Shown here piece by piece: positions 29,493 through 38,243 of a stretch of 64,000 bases of DNA. Position 1 is the stretch's first letter, and every line of letters begins with the position of its first letter. The position numbers were made by a program, and so were the translations under genes. Where the stretch lies: the NCBI GenBank assembly GCA_963735095.1, contig CAVTJT010000014.1, positions 268 through 64,267 of the forward strand, given 5' to 3'. The DNA is from an uncultured beta proteobacterium (GTDB lineage Bacteria > Pseudomonadota > Gammaproteobacteria > Burkholderiales > Burkholderiaceae_C). The notes beneath the pieces were generated by a model. That model made no database searches and was not told the DNA's origin. It saw only the letters and a list, made by a program, of their open reading frames with translations.

Positions 29493-29562
29493 CCACGACC
29501 CTTTCGCATCAGCAACGCAGGCGATGCTACGGCGAGCGCGGCCCGTCCCGCCGAGGCGCCAA

Positions 29563-29594
29563 CAAAAAGGCCCACCGGCATCGCCGGCGGGCCT
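29563..29594 (-). terminator. Rho-independent terminator downstream of acnB
   Basis: The plus strand reads AAAAAGGCCCACCGGC-ATC-GCCGGCGGGCCT: a 12-bp stem with one mismatch. The A-run becomes a T-run after the stem on the minus strand. It lies 33 nt past the acnB stop. Confidence 0.6.
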
Positions 29595-29626
29595 TCAGGC
29601 ATGTCGCGCGGGTGTCAGCGCAGCGC

Positions 29627-32219
29627 TCAGACCGTCACCGCCTTGGCCGCGTCGACGTACTCCTCGATCTGATCGAAGTTCATGTAGCGGTAGACCGTCG
29701 ACGCGTCCTTGTTGATGACGCCCATGTCGGCGTGGTACTCGGCCACGCTCGGCAGGCGGCCGAGCTTGGAGGCGATCGCGGCGAGTTCGGCCGAGGCGAG
29801 GTACACGTTGGTGTTCTTGCCCAGGCGATTCGGGAAGTTGCGCGTGCTGGTGGACACCACCGTCGCGCCTTCGCGCACCTGCGCCTGGTTGCCCATGCAC
29901 AGGCTGCAGCCGGGCATCTCGGTGCGCGCACCGGCAGCGCCGAACACGCCGTAGTGGCCTTCCTTGGTCAGCTCGGCCTGGTCCATCTTCGTGGGTGGCG
30001 CAACCCACAGCTTGACCGGAATGTCGCGCTTGCCTTCGAGCAGCTTGCTGGCGGCGCGGAAGTGGCCGATGTTGGTCATGCACGAGCCGATGAACACCTC
30101 GTCGATCTTGGCGCCCGCCACGTCGCTCAGCAGCCTGGCGTCGTCGGGATCGTTGGGGCAGCACAGCACCGGCTCCTTCAGCGCATCGAGATCGATCTCG
30201 ATCACCGCGGCGTACTCGGCATCCTTGTCCGCCTCGAGCAGTTGCGGATTGGCCAGCCAGGCTTGCACCGACTGGATGCGGCGCTCGAGCGTGCGCGAGT
30301 CCTGGTAGCCCTGCGCGATCATGTTCTTCATCAGCACCACGTTGCTCTGCAGGTACTCGATGACCGGCGCCTTGTTCAGCTTGACGGTGCAACCAGCGGC
30401 CGAACGTTCGGCGCTGGCGTCGCTCAGCTCGAACGCCTGCTCGACCTTCAGATCGGGCAAGCCTTCGATCTCGAGGATGCGGCCGGAGAACACGTTCTTC
30501 TTGCCCTGCTTGGCGACGGTGAGAAGACCTTGCCGGATCGCGTAGTAGGGGATCGCGTGCACCAGGTCGCGCAGTGTGATGCCGGGCTGCATCGTGCCCT
30601 TGAAGCGCACCAGCACGCTCTCGGGCATGTCGAGCGGCATGACACCGGTGGCGGCGGCGAACGCCACCAGGCCTGAACCCGCCGGGAACGAAATGCCGAT
30701 CGGGAACCGCGTGTGCGAGTCGGCGCCGGTGCCGCAGGTGTCGGGCAGCAGCAGGCGGTTGAGCCACGAGTGGATCACGCCATCGCCCACGCGCAGCGAC
30801 ACGCCGCCGCGGTTGCTCATGAACGCCGGCAGTTCGCGATGGGTCTTGATGTCCACCGGCTTCGGGTACGGCGCGGTGTGGCAGAAGCTCTGCATCACCA
30901 GGTCGGACGAGAAGCCCAGGCAAGCCAGGTCTTTGAGCTCGTCGCGTGTCATCGGGCCGGTGGTGTCCTGCGAGCCCACCGTGGTCATCTTGGGTTCGCA
31001 GTAGGTGCCGGGGCGCACGCCCTGGCCTTCGGGCAGACCGCAGGCGCGGCCCACCATCTTCTGCGCCACCGTGAAGCCCTTGCCGCTGTCCTTCGGGGCC
31101 TGCGGCAGGCGGAACACGGTCGACGCCTGCAGGCCAAGGAACTCGCGCGCCTTGGCGGTGAGCGAGCGGCCGATGATCAGGTTGATGCGGCCGCCGGCGC
31201 GCACTTCGTCGAACAGCACGTCGCTCTTGATCTTGAATTCGGCGACGACCGCGCCGTCTTTCATCAGCTTGCCGTCGTAGGGCAGGATGTCGACCACGTC
31301 GCCCATCTCGAGCTTGGAGATGTCGACCTCGATCGGCAAGGCCCCCGAGTCTTCTTGCGTGTTGAAGAAGATCGGCGCGATCTTGCCGCCCAGCGTCACG
31401 CCACCGAAACGTTTGTTCGGCACGAACGGAATGTCCTGCCCGGTGGCCCAGATCGCGCTGTTGGTCGCGCTCTTGCGCGAACTGCCGGTGCCCACCACGT
31501 CGCCGACGTAGGCCACGGTGTGGCCCTTTTTCTTCAGGTCTTCGATGAACTGGATCGGACCGCGCTTGCCGTCTTCCTCGGGCTTGAACGCCGCGCCGGC
31601 GCGCGTGTTCTTCAGCATCGCGAGGTAGTGCAGCGGGATGTCGGGCCGGCTCCACGCATCGGGCGCGGGCGACAGGTCGTCGGTGTTGGTTTCGCCCGGC
31701 ACCTTAAAAACCACAACGGTGACCTTCTTGGCCACCTCGGGTCGCGAGGTGAACCACTCGGCATCGGCCCAGCTCTGGATCACCTGTTGCGCCCACGTGT
31801 TGCCGGCCTTGGCCTTGGCCGCCACGTCGTGGAAGTAGTCGAACATCAGCAGCGTCTTCTTCAACCCCGCGGCCGCGACCGCGGCGACGCCGGTGTCGTC
31901 GAGCAGGTCGATCAGCGGCTTGACGTTGTAGCCGCCCACCATCGTGCCGAGCCACTCGCGTCGCCTTGGCCTTCGAGATCAGCGCCACCGCGATGTCGCC
32001 GTGGGCCACCGCGGCCAGGAACGAGGCCTTCACCTTCGCGGCGTCGTCCACGCCCGGCGGCACACGATGCACCAGCAGGTCGAGCAGGAAGGCGCCTTCG
32101 CCGGCCGGCGGATTCTTGATCAGCTCGATCAGTTCGGCGGTCTGCTTGGCGTCGAGAGGCAGCGGGGGGATGCCGAGCGCAGCGCGTTCGGCGGCGTGTT
32201 GGCGATAGACAGTGAGCAT
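29627..32219 (-). pseudogene. acnB: Aconitate hydratase B / 2-methylisocitrate dehydratase AcnB; one frame break near 31958
   Basis: ORF 29627..31942 carries the swivel and catalytic domains (...[10 protein letters not shown]...CHTAPYP...DSHTRFP...[11 protein letters not shown]...LCMGNQA...NFPNRLG). The N-terminal HEAT-like domain MLTVYRQHAAERAALGIPPLPLDAKQTAELIELIKNPPAG... is in ORF 31704..32219. The span is not a multiple of 3. Confidence 0.9.
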
Positions 32220-32265
32220 CGTGCGGAACTCCGGTGCGTCAGGGGATGTCGGGTGCCGTGATTCT

Positions 32266-32283
32266 AAGTCTTATATAAGACTT
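32266..32283. promoter_or_regulatory. Perfect 18-bp palindrome AAGTCTTATATAAGACTT upstream of acnB (candidate operator overlapping an AT-rich promoter element)
   Basis: Self-complementary over all 18 positions. It lies 47-64 nt upstream of the acnB start, in a locally AT-rich patch. The GTCT...AGAC arms resemble GntR/HutC-type operators. Confidence 0.4.
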
Positions 32284-32352
32284 GCGGCGCACCGGCGGTG
32301 ACCGCTGTCGAGTTGCATCTGTCATGCGTGCACGCTGGCACGTGTGGCAGGC

Positions 32353-32379
32353 AACAAAAAACCCGCCAGGCGGCGGGTT
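32353..32379 (-). terminator. Rho-independent terminator (minus strand)
   Basis: The minus strand reads AACCCGCC-GCCT-GGCGGGTT followed by TTTTTTGTTGCC. It lies about 55 nt downstream of the small ORF ending at 32434. Confidence 0.65.
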
Positions 32380-32433
32380 CGCGGGTGCGGTCGTTCGCCA
32401 TGCAGCGCGCGACAAGACGGACTGAGACCGTGC

Positions 32434-32568
32434 TCAGGTGTTGTCACGCATCCACTTGGCGGCCCATTCGTCGGAGCGACGCTGTTCGCGTGCACCGGAG
32501 GCCATGGTCCAGACGAGGGCGCCGGTGGCAAAGCCGAGCGGAATGATGGCGAGGAAGACGTTGATCAT
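32434..32568 (-). CDS. Small (44 aa) predicted membrane protein, unknown function
   Basis: MINVFLAIIPLGFATGALVWTMASGAREQRRSDEWAAKWMRDNT has one hydrophobic helix and a charged tail. A canonical terminator follows. No clear Shine-Dalgarno is seen. Confidence 0.4.
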   Translation of the reverse strand: MINVFLAIIPLGFATGALVWTMASGAREQRRSDEWAAKWMRDNT

Positions 32569-32726
32569 TTGGCTTGGGGAAGGGGTTGAGAAAGGGGCGC
32601 ACCGACTCGATGCTGCAGTGCAGCATAACAGAGTGCGGGGCGCGTTTGCCCAGAGCGATGCGCTCGTTTGCGTGATGGCGCCCACGGAGTGGGACGAAAC
32701 ATGCGTGCGGTCCAAGCCGCCGCGCT

Positions 32727-32984
32727 TCAGGCGCAGACGGGCTCGAGCAGATCCGCGGTCTGGCTGTGTTCGAAGCCCAAGACGTTCTTCGCGCGCCAGG
32801 CGCTCAGCGACTTGCCTTCGTCGACGGCAGCGTCCCAGGCGACGAGTTCGGTGCTTTGCTTGCGCCCCGGCCGATCGGCCGAATGACGCTTCGACGACAG
32901 TGTCTTCAGGGAAGGGGACTGCTCGCATCGGGCGAGCACGGCGCTGGGATCGACCAGCGAAGAGAAGAAGTTTGCTGCGGACAT
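32727..32984 (-). CDS. Hypothetical protein (85 aa)
   Basis: ATG 32984 to TGA 32727. Third-position G/C is high, like neighbouring genes. It sits between two terminators. I recognise no family and see no clear RBS. Confidence 0.3.
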   Translation of the reverse strand: MSAANFFSSLVDPSAVLARCEQSPSLKTLSSKRHSADRPGRKQSTELVAWDAAVDEGKSLSAWRAKNVLGFEHSQTADLLEPVCA

Positions 32985-33128
32985 GGTGGTTGGATCGACT
33001 GCGACGAAAAGCGCGCACTCTACGGTTACAAACGCCTCCCGCTTGGTATAGCCGACTCTAGCGTCCGGATATGGGCGCGACATATGTCGCACCTTCGCCG
33101 CAGTTTTTGCGTCCGGCGACGCGTGGCC

Positions 33129-33155
33129 AAGAAAAAGCCCCGCCGCAGCGGGGCT
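33129..33155 (-). terminator. Rho-independent terminator downstream of secreted paralogue 1
   Basis: The plus strand reads GAAAAAGCCCCGC-CGCA-GCGGGGCT. On the minus strand the stem is followed by TTTTTC. It lies 20 nt past the stop at 33175. Confidence 0.6.
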
Positions 33156-33174
33156 CGATGGGCGTCGCGTGGGC

Positions 33175-33630
33175 TCAGGCCTTCTGGCTCGGGTGCACGC
33201 AGTTGTCGACCATGCGCTGGCCGATCTTGCTGTTCATCAGCATCGACTTGTTGGCGATCTGCAGCCACATCATGCCGTTCTTCTTGTCCTCCAGGCGCAC
33301 GGCGCCGGTGGTGGTGGTCTCAGGCGCCATCAGATACGACTTGCCCTTGTATTCGACGTTGAACCAGCCCTTCCGATTCGGCACCGCGGCGACGTTGACC
33401 GCTTGGTCGAACTCGCAACGCGATTGGCCGGTCAGCACGCGATCGGCGGTGTTGATTTGATCGGCCGACAGCGCGGCCGGTTGCTGGGCGGCCGGCTTCG
33501 CGGCCGGTTGCTGGGCAGCCGGCTTCGCGGCTTGCTTGGTCGGCTGCTTGGCTTTTTCGGTGGCCACTGCGCTCAGCGGCGCAGCGATCGACAACGCGGC
33601 AGCGATCGCGACGAAGGTCAGGCGTTTCAT
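33175..33630 (-). CDS. Secreted protein of unknown function, paralogue 1
   Basis: Signal peptide MKRLTFVAIAAALSIAAPLSAVA, then a Lys/Ala/Pro/Gln-rich linker. The C-terminal ~95 aa is shared with 33808..34332 (ADRVxTGQxxCEF...PEETTTGAxRLEDKK...WLQIxxKSMLMNSKIGQRMVDNCxHP). A strong AAGGAGAG RBS is present. Confidence 0.7.
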   Translation of the reverse strand: MKRLTFVAIAAALSIAAPLSAVATEKAKQPTKQAAKPAAQQPAAKPAAQQPAALSADQINTADRVLTGQSRCEFDQAVNVAAVPNRKGWFNVEYKGKSYLMAPETTTTGAVRLEDKKNGMMWLQIANKSMLMNSKIGQRMVDNCVHPSQKA

Positions 33631-33807
33631 TCGATCTCTCCTTGAGGAAAATCTCAGTGCAGGAGGATTCTTTCCAGAGCCCTTCGCCCAAGGCGTTGCC
33701 AATTGATTCGGCGCGCGAATTCGCCCGTGTCACTTCTCACGGAAGTGGCATCCGACCCATCGCGCACAACAAGTGCGCATGCCGAGGCGTCATGCATGCG
33801 CTGCACG

Positions 33808-34332
33808 TTACGGTTTGCGTTCGGGCGCTGCTGCTGCGCCTTCGACCGCTCGCACGGCCGCGCGCTGCTCGGGGTGCAGGCAGTTGTCGACCATGCGCTG
33901 GCCGATCTTGCTGTTCATCAGCATCGACTTCGACGGGATCTGCAGCCACACGATGCCGGCCTTCTTGTCTTCGAGCCGCAGCGCACCGGTGGTGGTTTCC
34001 TCCGGCACCACGGTGTAGTTGACGTTCTTGAACTTCAACCGGAAGTGGCCCGGGCGATCGGCGATGCGATCGAGGTCCACCACTTGGTTGAACTCGCACG
34101 CCGCCTGCCCGGTGTGCACACGATCGGCGATCTGCAACTGCGCTTCGCTGACTCGCTGCACGGTCTCGGTGGCCAACGCCATGCCTTTGGCCTTGTCGGC
34201 CCGTTGCTGGGCGGCCGACGGCTTGGCCGGCTTAGAGGCCTTGGGCTTCTCATCGGCCGCATGCGCGATCGGCGCCGCGAGTCCCGCGCACAGGATGCTG
34301 AAGACGACGAGGTGTGCCGATGCGAGTTTCAT
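33808..34332 (-). CDS. Secreted protein of unknown function, paralogue 2
   Basis: Signal peptide MKLASAHLVVFSILCAGLAAPIAHA with a GGAGGAG RBS. It has the same conserved C-terminal domain as 33175..33630, including a run of about 50 identical nucleotides. Confidence 0.7.
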   Translation of the reverse strand: MKLASAHLVVFSILCAGLAAPIAHAADEKPKASKPAKPSAAQQRADKAKGMALATETVQRVSEAQLQIADRVHTGQAACEFNQVVDLDRIADRPGHFRLKFKNVNYTVVPEETTTGALRLEDKKAGIVWLQIPSKSMLMNSKIGQRMVDNCLHPEQRAAVRAVEGAAAAPERKP

Positions 34333-34365
34333 GAATGTCTCCTCCACCAAGAATCAGGCCGCTGC

Positions 34366-35361
34366 CTAGCCGAACCAGGCCTGTTCGGCCTCGGCGGGCA
34401 GCGGCTGGCCGGTGCGGCGCGCGCGCTCGATCACCTGCCAGTAGTAGCGGTAGCTCGCGCGGTCGTGCAGCAGATCGCGGTGCCGGATCGGCGCCCACTG
34501 CGCGGCGATGCCGGCGTTGATGATCTCGATGGCTTCGTCGAGCTCGGCCACGGTGGGCGCGAACGTCTCGACGATCGGCTGCACTTGTGAAGGGTGGATG
34601 CTCCACATGCGCATGTAGCCGAACTCGTGCGCCGCGCGCTCCGCCGCCTGTTGGATCGCCTTGACATGCCTGAACTCGGTGACCACGCTGTGCGAAGGCA
34701 CCTTGGCGGCGGCATGGCAGGCCGCGCTGATCTCGAGTTTTGCGCGCCGCACCAGCGGATGCTCGAACTGGCCGTGCAGCGTCATCGCGCTGGCCGGCAC
34801 CGCGCCCTGGTGGGCCGACACAAAGTCCATCAAGCCGAACGACAGCGACTGCACGCGCGACAGCGCGGCGATCGCGAACACGTCGCGCAGCGCACCGTGC
34901 GTCTCGATCAGAAAGTGGATGGGCGGCCCCTGCGGCTGCTTGTGTTGCTTGGCAGCCGCGTCGATCGCCGCGATCGCGCGCTTCGCATCGGCGAGGTCCC
35001 GCGGCTTCGGCACCATCAGATACGGCAGCCGCGGGCCGGCGCGCGACACCAGCGTGTCGACGTCGTCGGCGAAAGCCGGATGGTCGGCCGGGTGCACGCG
35101 CGCGCCGACGCGGCCGAAGCGGTTCTCGCTCGACAGCAAAAGGTCGACCGCCATGCGCACGTGCTGCTTCTCGCCGCCCACCGGTGCGCCGTCTTCGCAG
35201 TCGAAGGTGACGTCGAACACCGGGCCCAGCTCGGCCTGCAGTTGCAGGCTCTTGACCATGCGCTCCTCGATCCCGCAATAGTGGTCGCACACCGGGATCT
35301 GCGGCGCGAGGTCGCCGTCGGCGAACAACACGTCGCGCGGATGGATAGCGGCCGCGCTCAT
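34366..35361 (-). CDS. HpcH/HpaI aldolase / citrate lyase beta (CitE)-like protein
   Basis: DVTFDCEDGAPVG...PYLMVPKPRD...FLIETHGAL...LSFGLMDF is typical of the CitE/malyl-CoA lyase-like family. It starts 20 nt downstream of mdh. Confidence 0.85.
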   Translation of the reverse strand: MSAAAIHPRDVLFADGDLAPQIPVCDHYCGIEERMVKSLQLQAELGPVFDVTFDCEDGAPVGGEKQHVRMAVDLLLSSENRFGRVGARVHPADHPAFADDVDTLVSRAGPRLPYLMVPKPRDLADAKRAIAAIDAAAKQHKQPQGPPIHFLIETHGALRDVFAIAALSRVQSLSFGLMDFVSAHQGAVPASAMTLHGQFEHPLVRRAKLEISAACHAAAKVPSHSVVTEFRHVKAIQQAAERAAHEFGYMRMWSIHPSQVQPIVETFAPTVAELDEAIEIINAGIAAQWAPIRHRDLLHDRASYRYYWQVIERARRTGQPLPAEAEQAWFG

Positions 35362-35381
35362 CGTGATGCCTTCGAGGTTGT

Positions 35382-36368
35382 TCAGAGCAGGTGCTTCACG
35401 CCTTCCTGCTCTTCGAGCAGTTCCTTCAGCGTGAGGTTGATGCGCTCCCGGCTGAAATCGTCGATCGGCAGACCGTCGACGATCTTGTATTCGCCGCCCG
35501 CGGTGGTGACTGGGTAGCCGAACATCACCTCCTTGGGAATGCCGTACTCGCCGTTGGACGCCAGGCCCATCGTCACCCACTTGCCGTTGGTGCCGAGCGC
35601 CCAGTCGCGCATGTGGTCGATCGCTGCATTGGCCGCCGACGCCGCGGACGACAGGCCACGGGCCTCGATGATGGCGGCGCCGCGCTTGCCGACGGTGGGC
35701 AGGAACGTGTCCTTGTTCCACGCGGCGTCGTTGATCATGTCCTTCACCGATTGGCCATCGATGGTCGCGAAGCGGTAGTCGGCGTACATCGTCGGCGAGT
35801 GGTTGCCCCAGACGCACAGCTTCTCGATGGCCGACACCGGCTTGCCGGTCTTGGCGGCGATCTGCGACAGCGCGCGGTTGTGGTCCAGGCGCAGCATCGC
35901 GGTGAAGTTCTTCTTCGGCAGACTGGGCGCCGACTTCATCGCGATGTAGGCGTTGGTGTTGGCCGGGTTGCCGACCACCAGCACGCGCACGTCGCGGCTG
36001 GCCGCCTTGTCGAGCGCCTTGCCCTGCGCGGTGAAGATCTGCGCGTTGGCCGCCAGCAGATCCTTGCGTTCCATGCCCGGCCCACGCGGACGCGCGCCCA
36101 CAAGCAGCGCGTAGTCGGTGTCCTTGAAGGCCTGGTTCGGGTCGCTGTGGGCCTGCATGCCGGCCAGCAGCGGGAATGCGCAGTCCTCGAGTTCCATCAT
36201 GACGCCCTTGAGCGCCTTCTGCGCCTTCTCGTCCGGGATCTCCAGCAACTGCAGGATCACGGGTTGGTCCTTGCCCAGCATCTCGCCGGCGGCGATGCGG
36301 AACAACAGGGCATAGCCGATCTGACCGGCGGCGCCGGTGACGGCCACGCGAACGGGCTTCTTGCTCAT
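35382..36368 (-). CDS. mdh: Malate dehydrogenase
   Basis: [45 protein letters not shown]...[15 protein letters not shown]...VGNPANTNA. Confidence 0.95.
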   Translation of the reverse strand: MSKKPVRVAVTGAAGQIGYALLFRIAAGEMLGKDQPVILQLLEIPDEKAQKALKGVMMELEDCAFPLLAGMQAHSDPNQAFKDTDYALLVGARPRGPGMERKDLLAANAQIFTAQGKALDKAASRDVRVLVVGNPANTNAYIAMKSAPSLPKKNFTAMLRLDHNRALSQIAAKTGKPVSAIEKLCVWGNHSPTMYADYRFATIDGQSVKDMINDAAWNKDTFLPTVGKRGAAIIEARGLSSAASAANAAIDHMRDWALGTNGKWVTMGLASNGEYGIPKEVMFGYPVTTAGGEYKIVDGLPIDDFSRERINLTLKELLEEQEGVKHLL

Positions 36369-36471
36369 GAGCGGGCTCCAGGGAAGGGGATGTCAGCTTG
36401 TGCGAGCGGCCGCGCGAGGCACGGCGCATCGCCGTCAAGTGTAGGTCACGTGGCTCGACGCCTGTGCTGCA

Positions 36472-37245
36472 ATGGAGGGCATGAGCCCATCTCCAACGCG
36501 CACCAGCCGGGTGAGCCGCCAACGCGGCGACGCGGCGTTCAGCCCGTTGTACCGCCAGATCAAGGTGCTGATCACGCAGGACATGCAGTCCGGCGTGTGG
36601 AAGCCGGGCGAAGTGATCCCGAGCGAGTTCGAACTGGCCGAGCGCTTCAAGGTCAGCCAGGGCACCGTGCGCAAGGCGATCGACGAGCTGGCGGCGGACA
36701 ACCTGGTCGTGCGCCGGCAGGGCAAGGGCACGTTCGTCGCTACGCACACCGAGCAGACCACGCGCTACCGCTTCCTGCGCCTGGCGGCCGACGATGGCAG
36801 CGGACGCAGCTTGGAGCGGCGTCTGCTCGAGTGCAGGCGCATGCGTGCCAGCGCCGAGGTCGCACGCCCGCTGGAGTTGAAGAGCGGCGACCCGGTGGTG
36901 TTCGTGCGGCGGCTGCTGCTCGACCAAGCGCGGCCGGTGGTGCTCGACGAGATCTGGCTGCCGGGCCGCCTGTTCAAGGACCTGAGCGCACAAAGCCTGG
37001 CCGACTACAAGGGTCCCATGTACGCCCTGTTCGAGGCCGCGTTCGGCGTGCAGATGCTGCGCGCCGAGGAGAAGATCCGCGCCGTCGCCGCCACGGCGGC
37101 GGCCGCGCAATGGCTCGCGGTGGATACCGGCGCGCCACTGCTGAGCGTGGAGCGACGCTCGCTCACCTATGGCGAGCGCCCGGTCGAGCTGCGGCGCGGC
37201 CTGTACCGCACCGACGCCCACCACTACCGCAACGAACTGAGCTGA
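36472..37245 (+). CDS. GntR-family transcriptional regulator, HutC subfamily (UTRA effector domain)
   Basis: The wHTH is PLYRQIKVLITQDMQSGVWKPGEVIPSEFELAERFKVSQGTVRKAIDELAADNLVVRRQGKGTFV. It is divergent from mdh and upstream of sdhC. Confidence 0.85.
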   Translation: MEGMSPSPTRTSRVSRQRGDAAFSPLYRQIKVLITQDMQSGVWKPGEVIPSEFELAERFKVSQGTVRKAIDELAADNLVVRRQGKGTFVATHTEQTTRYRFLRLAADDGSGRSLERRLLECRRMRASAEVARPLELKSGDPVVFVRRLLLDQARPVVLDEIWLPGRLFKDLSAQSLADYKGPMYALFEAAFGVQMLRAEEKIRAVAATAAAAQWLAVDTGAPLLSVERRSLTYGERPVELRRGLYRTDAHHYRNELS

Positions 37246-37343
37246 GTGCCCGGTCGGCACGTTGTGTCACGTGTGTGGCGGCCGGTTTCTGCCGTTGAAA
37301 TAAAATCAGCCGGCTTCAGTCGCCGAAGACACCAACAACACGC

Positions 37344-37769
37344 ATGGCAGAACACCCCAAACCCCGTCCCGGTGAGAACATGCGGCTCGTCGACGCGCTG
37401 CAGTACAAGCTGCCGCCGGCGGGTTGGGTGTCGATCCTGCACCGCGTGAGCGGCGGCCTGATGTTCGTGCTGCTGCCGCTGATCGTGTGGCTGCTCGACG
37501 TCAGCCTGGGCAGCGAAGTCTCCTACGAGCGCTTCAGCAACGCCTTCATCGCCGGCATTGGCTTCGTGCCGGCGTTTTTGTTGAAGCTCATCGTGCTGGC
37601 GCTGATCTGGGCCTATCTGCATCACTTCATTGCCGGCGTGCGCCACCTGTGGATGGACGCCACGCACAGCGTCAGCAAGCAGCAGGGCCGCATCTCTGCC
37701 ATCGTCACGCTGGCAGCAAGCGGCGTTTTGACCGTGCTGCTCGGCGCCAAGCTGTTCGGCCTGTACTGA
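37344..37769 (+). CDS. sdhC: Succinate dehydrogenase cytochrome b556 subunit
   Basis: WVSILHRVSGGLMFVLLPLIVW...LHHFIAGVRHLWMD. Confidence 0.9.
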   Translation: MAEHPKPRPGENMRLVDALQYKLPPAGWVSILHRVSGGLMFVLLPLIVWLLDVSLGSEVSYERFSNAFIAGIGFVPAFLLKLIVLALIWAYLHHFIAGVRHLWMDATHSVSKQQGRISAIVTLAASGVLTVLLGAKLFGLY

Positions 37770-37790
37770 TATGAGCCTGTACTGATATGA
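37759..37790 (+). repeat. Perfect 16-bp tandem duplication GCCTGTACTGATATGA x2 spanning the sdhC stop codon
   Basis: 37759..37774 and 37775..37790 are identical. The first unit holds the last sdhC codons plus the stop. The second unit runs into element copy F. Confidence 0.85.
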
Positions 37791-37868
37791 AACTGCCCCC
37801 ACGCTCGCTGCCGCTCGCTTCCGCCCAAGGGGCCGGTCAGTGGCTTCGGACGGCCGGGCGCCACTGAC
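37787..37868 (+). repeat. Palindromic intergenic element, copy F
   Basis: ATGAAACTGCCCCCACGCTCGC..., then stem GTCAGTGG/CCACTGAC around loop CTTCGGACGGCCGGGCG. It ends 6 nt before the sdhD ATG. Confidence 0.75.
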
Positions 37869-37874
37869 ACCGCC

Positions 37875-38237
37875 ATGGCCCAAAACTTCGGATCCAAACG
37901 TTTGGTGGTTGGCGCGCACTATGGCCTGCGTGACTGGCTGAGCCAGCGCGTCACGGCCGCGCTCATGGCGGTGTACACGCTGCTGCTGCTGGCGCAGCTG
38001 ATCTTCGGCCCCAAGCTCGGCTACGAGCGCTGGTCGGCGATCTTCTCGCAGCAGTGGATGCGCTTTGCGACCTTCGTGGTCATCGTCTCGCTGGCCGTGC
38101 ATGCCTGGGTCGGCATGCGCGACATCTGGATGGACTACATCAAGCCGGTCTGGCTGCGCCTGGCGCTGCAAGTGGCCACCCTCGTCTGGCTCGTCGGTTG
38201 CACCGGCTGGGCGCTGCAGGTCCTGTGGAGGCTTTGA
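37875..38237 (+). CDS. sdhD: Succinate dehydrogenase hydrophobic membrane anchor subunit
   Basis: GAHYGLRDWLSQRVTAALMAVYTLLLL...HAWVGMRDIWMDYIKP, positioned between sdhC and sdhA. Confidence 0.9.
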   Translation: MAQNFGSKRLVVGAHYGLRDWLSQRVTAALMAVYTLLLLAQLIFGPKLGYERWSAIFSQQWMRFATFVVIVSLAVHAWVGMRDIWMDYIKPVWLRLALQVATLVWLVGCTGWALQVLWRL

Positions 38238-38243
38238 CGGCTT

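Noticed and set aside
32230-33170. Considered whether locally lower-GC stretches (32230-33170, 33640-33800, 51940-52060, 52905-52945) mark a horizontally acquired island or mobile element.
   Set aside because: They are short and coincide with intergenic or promoter regions. They carry no integrase, transposase, tRNA or direct-repeat boundaries.
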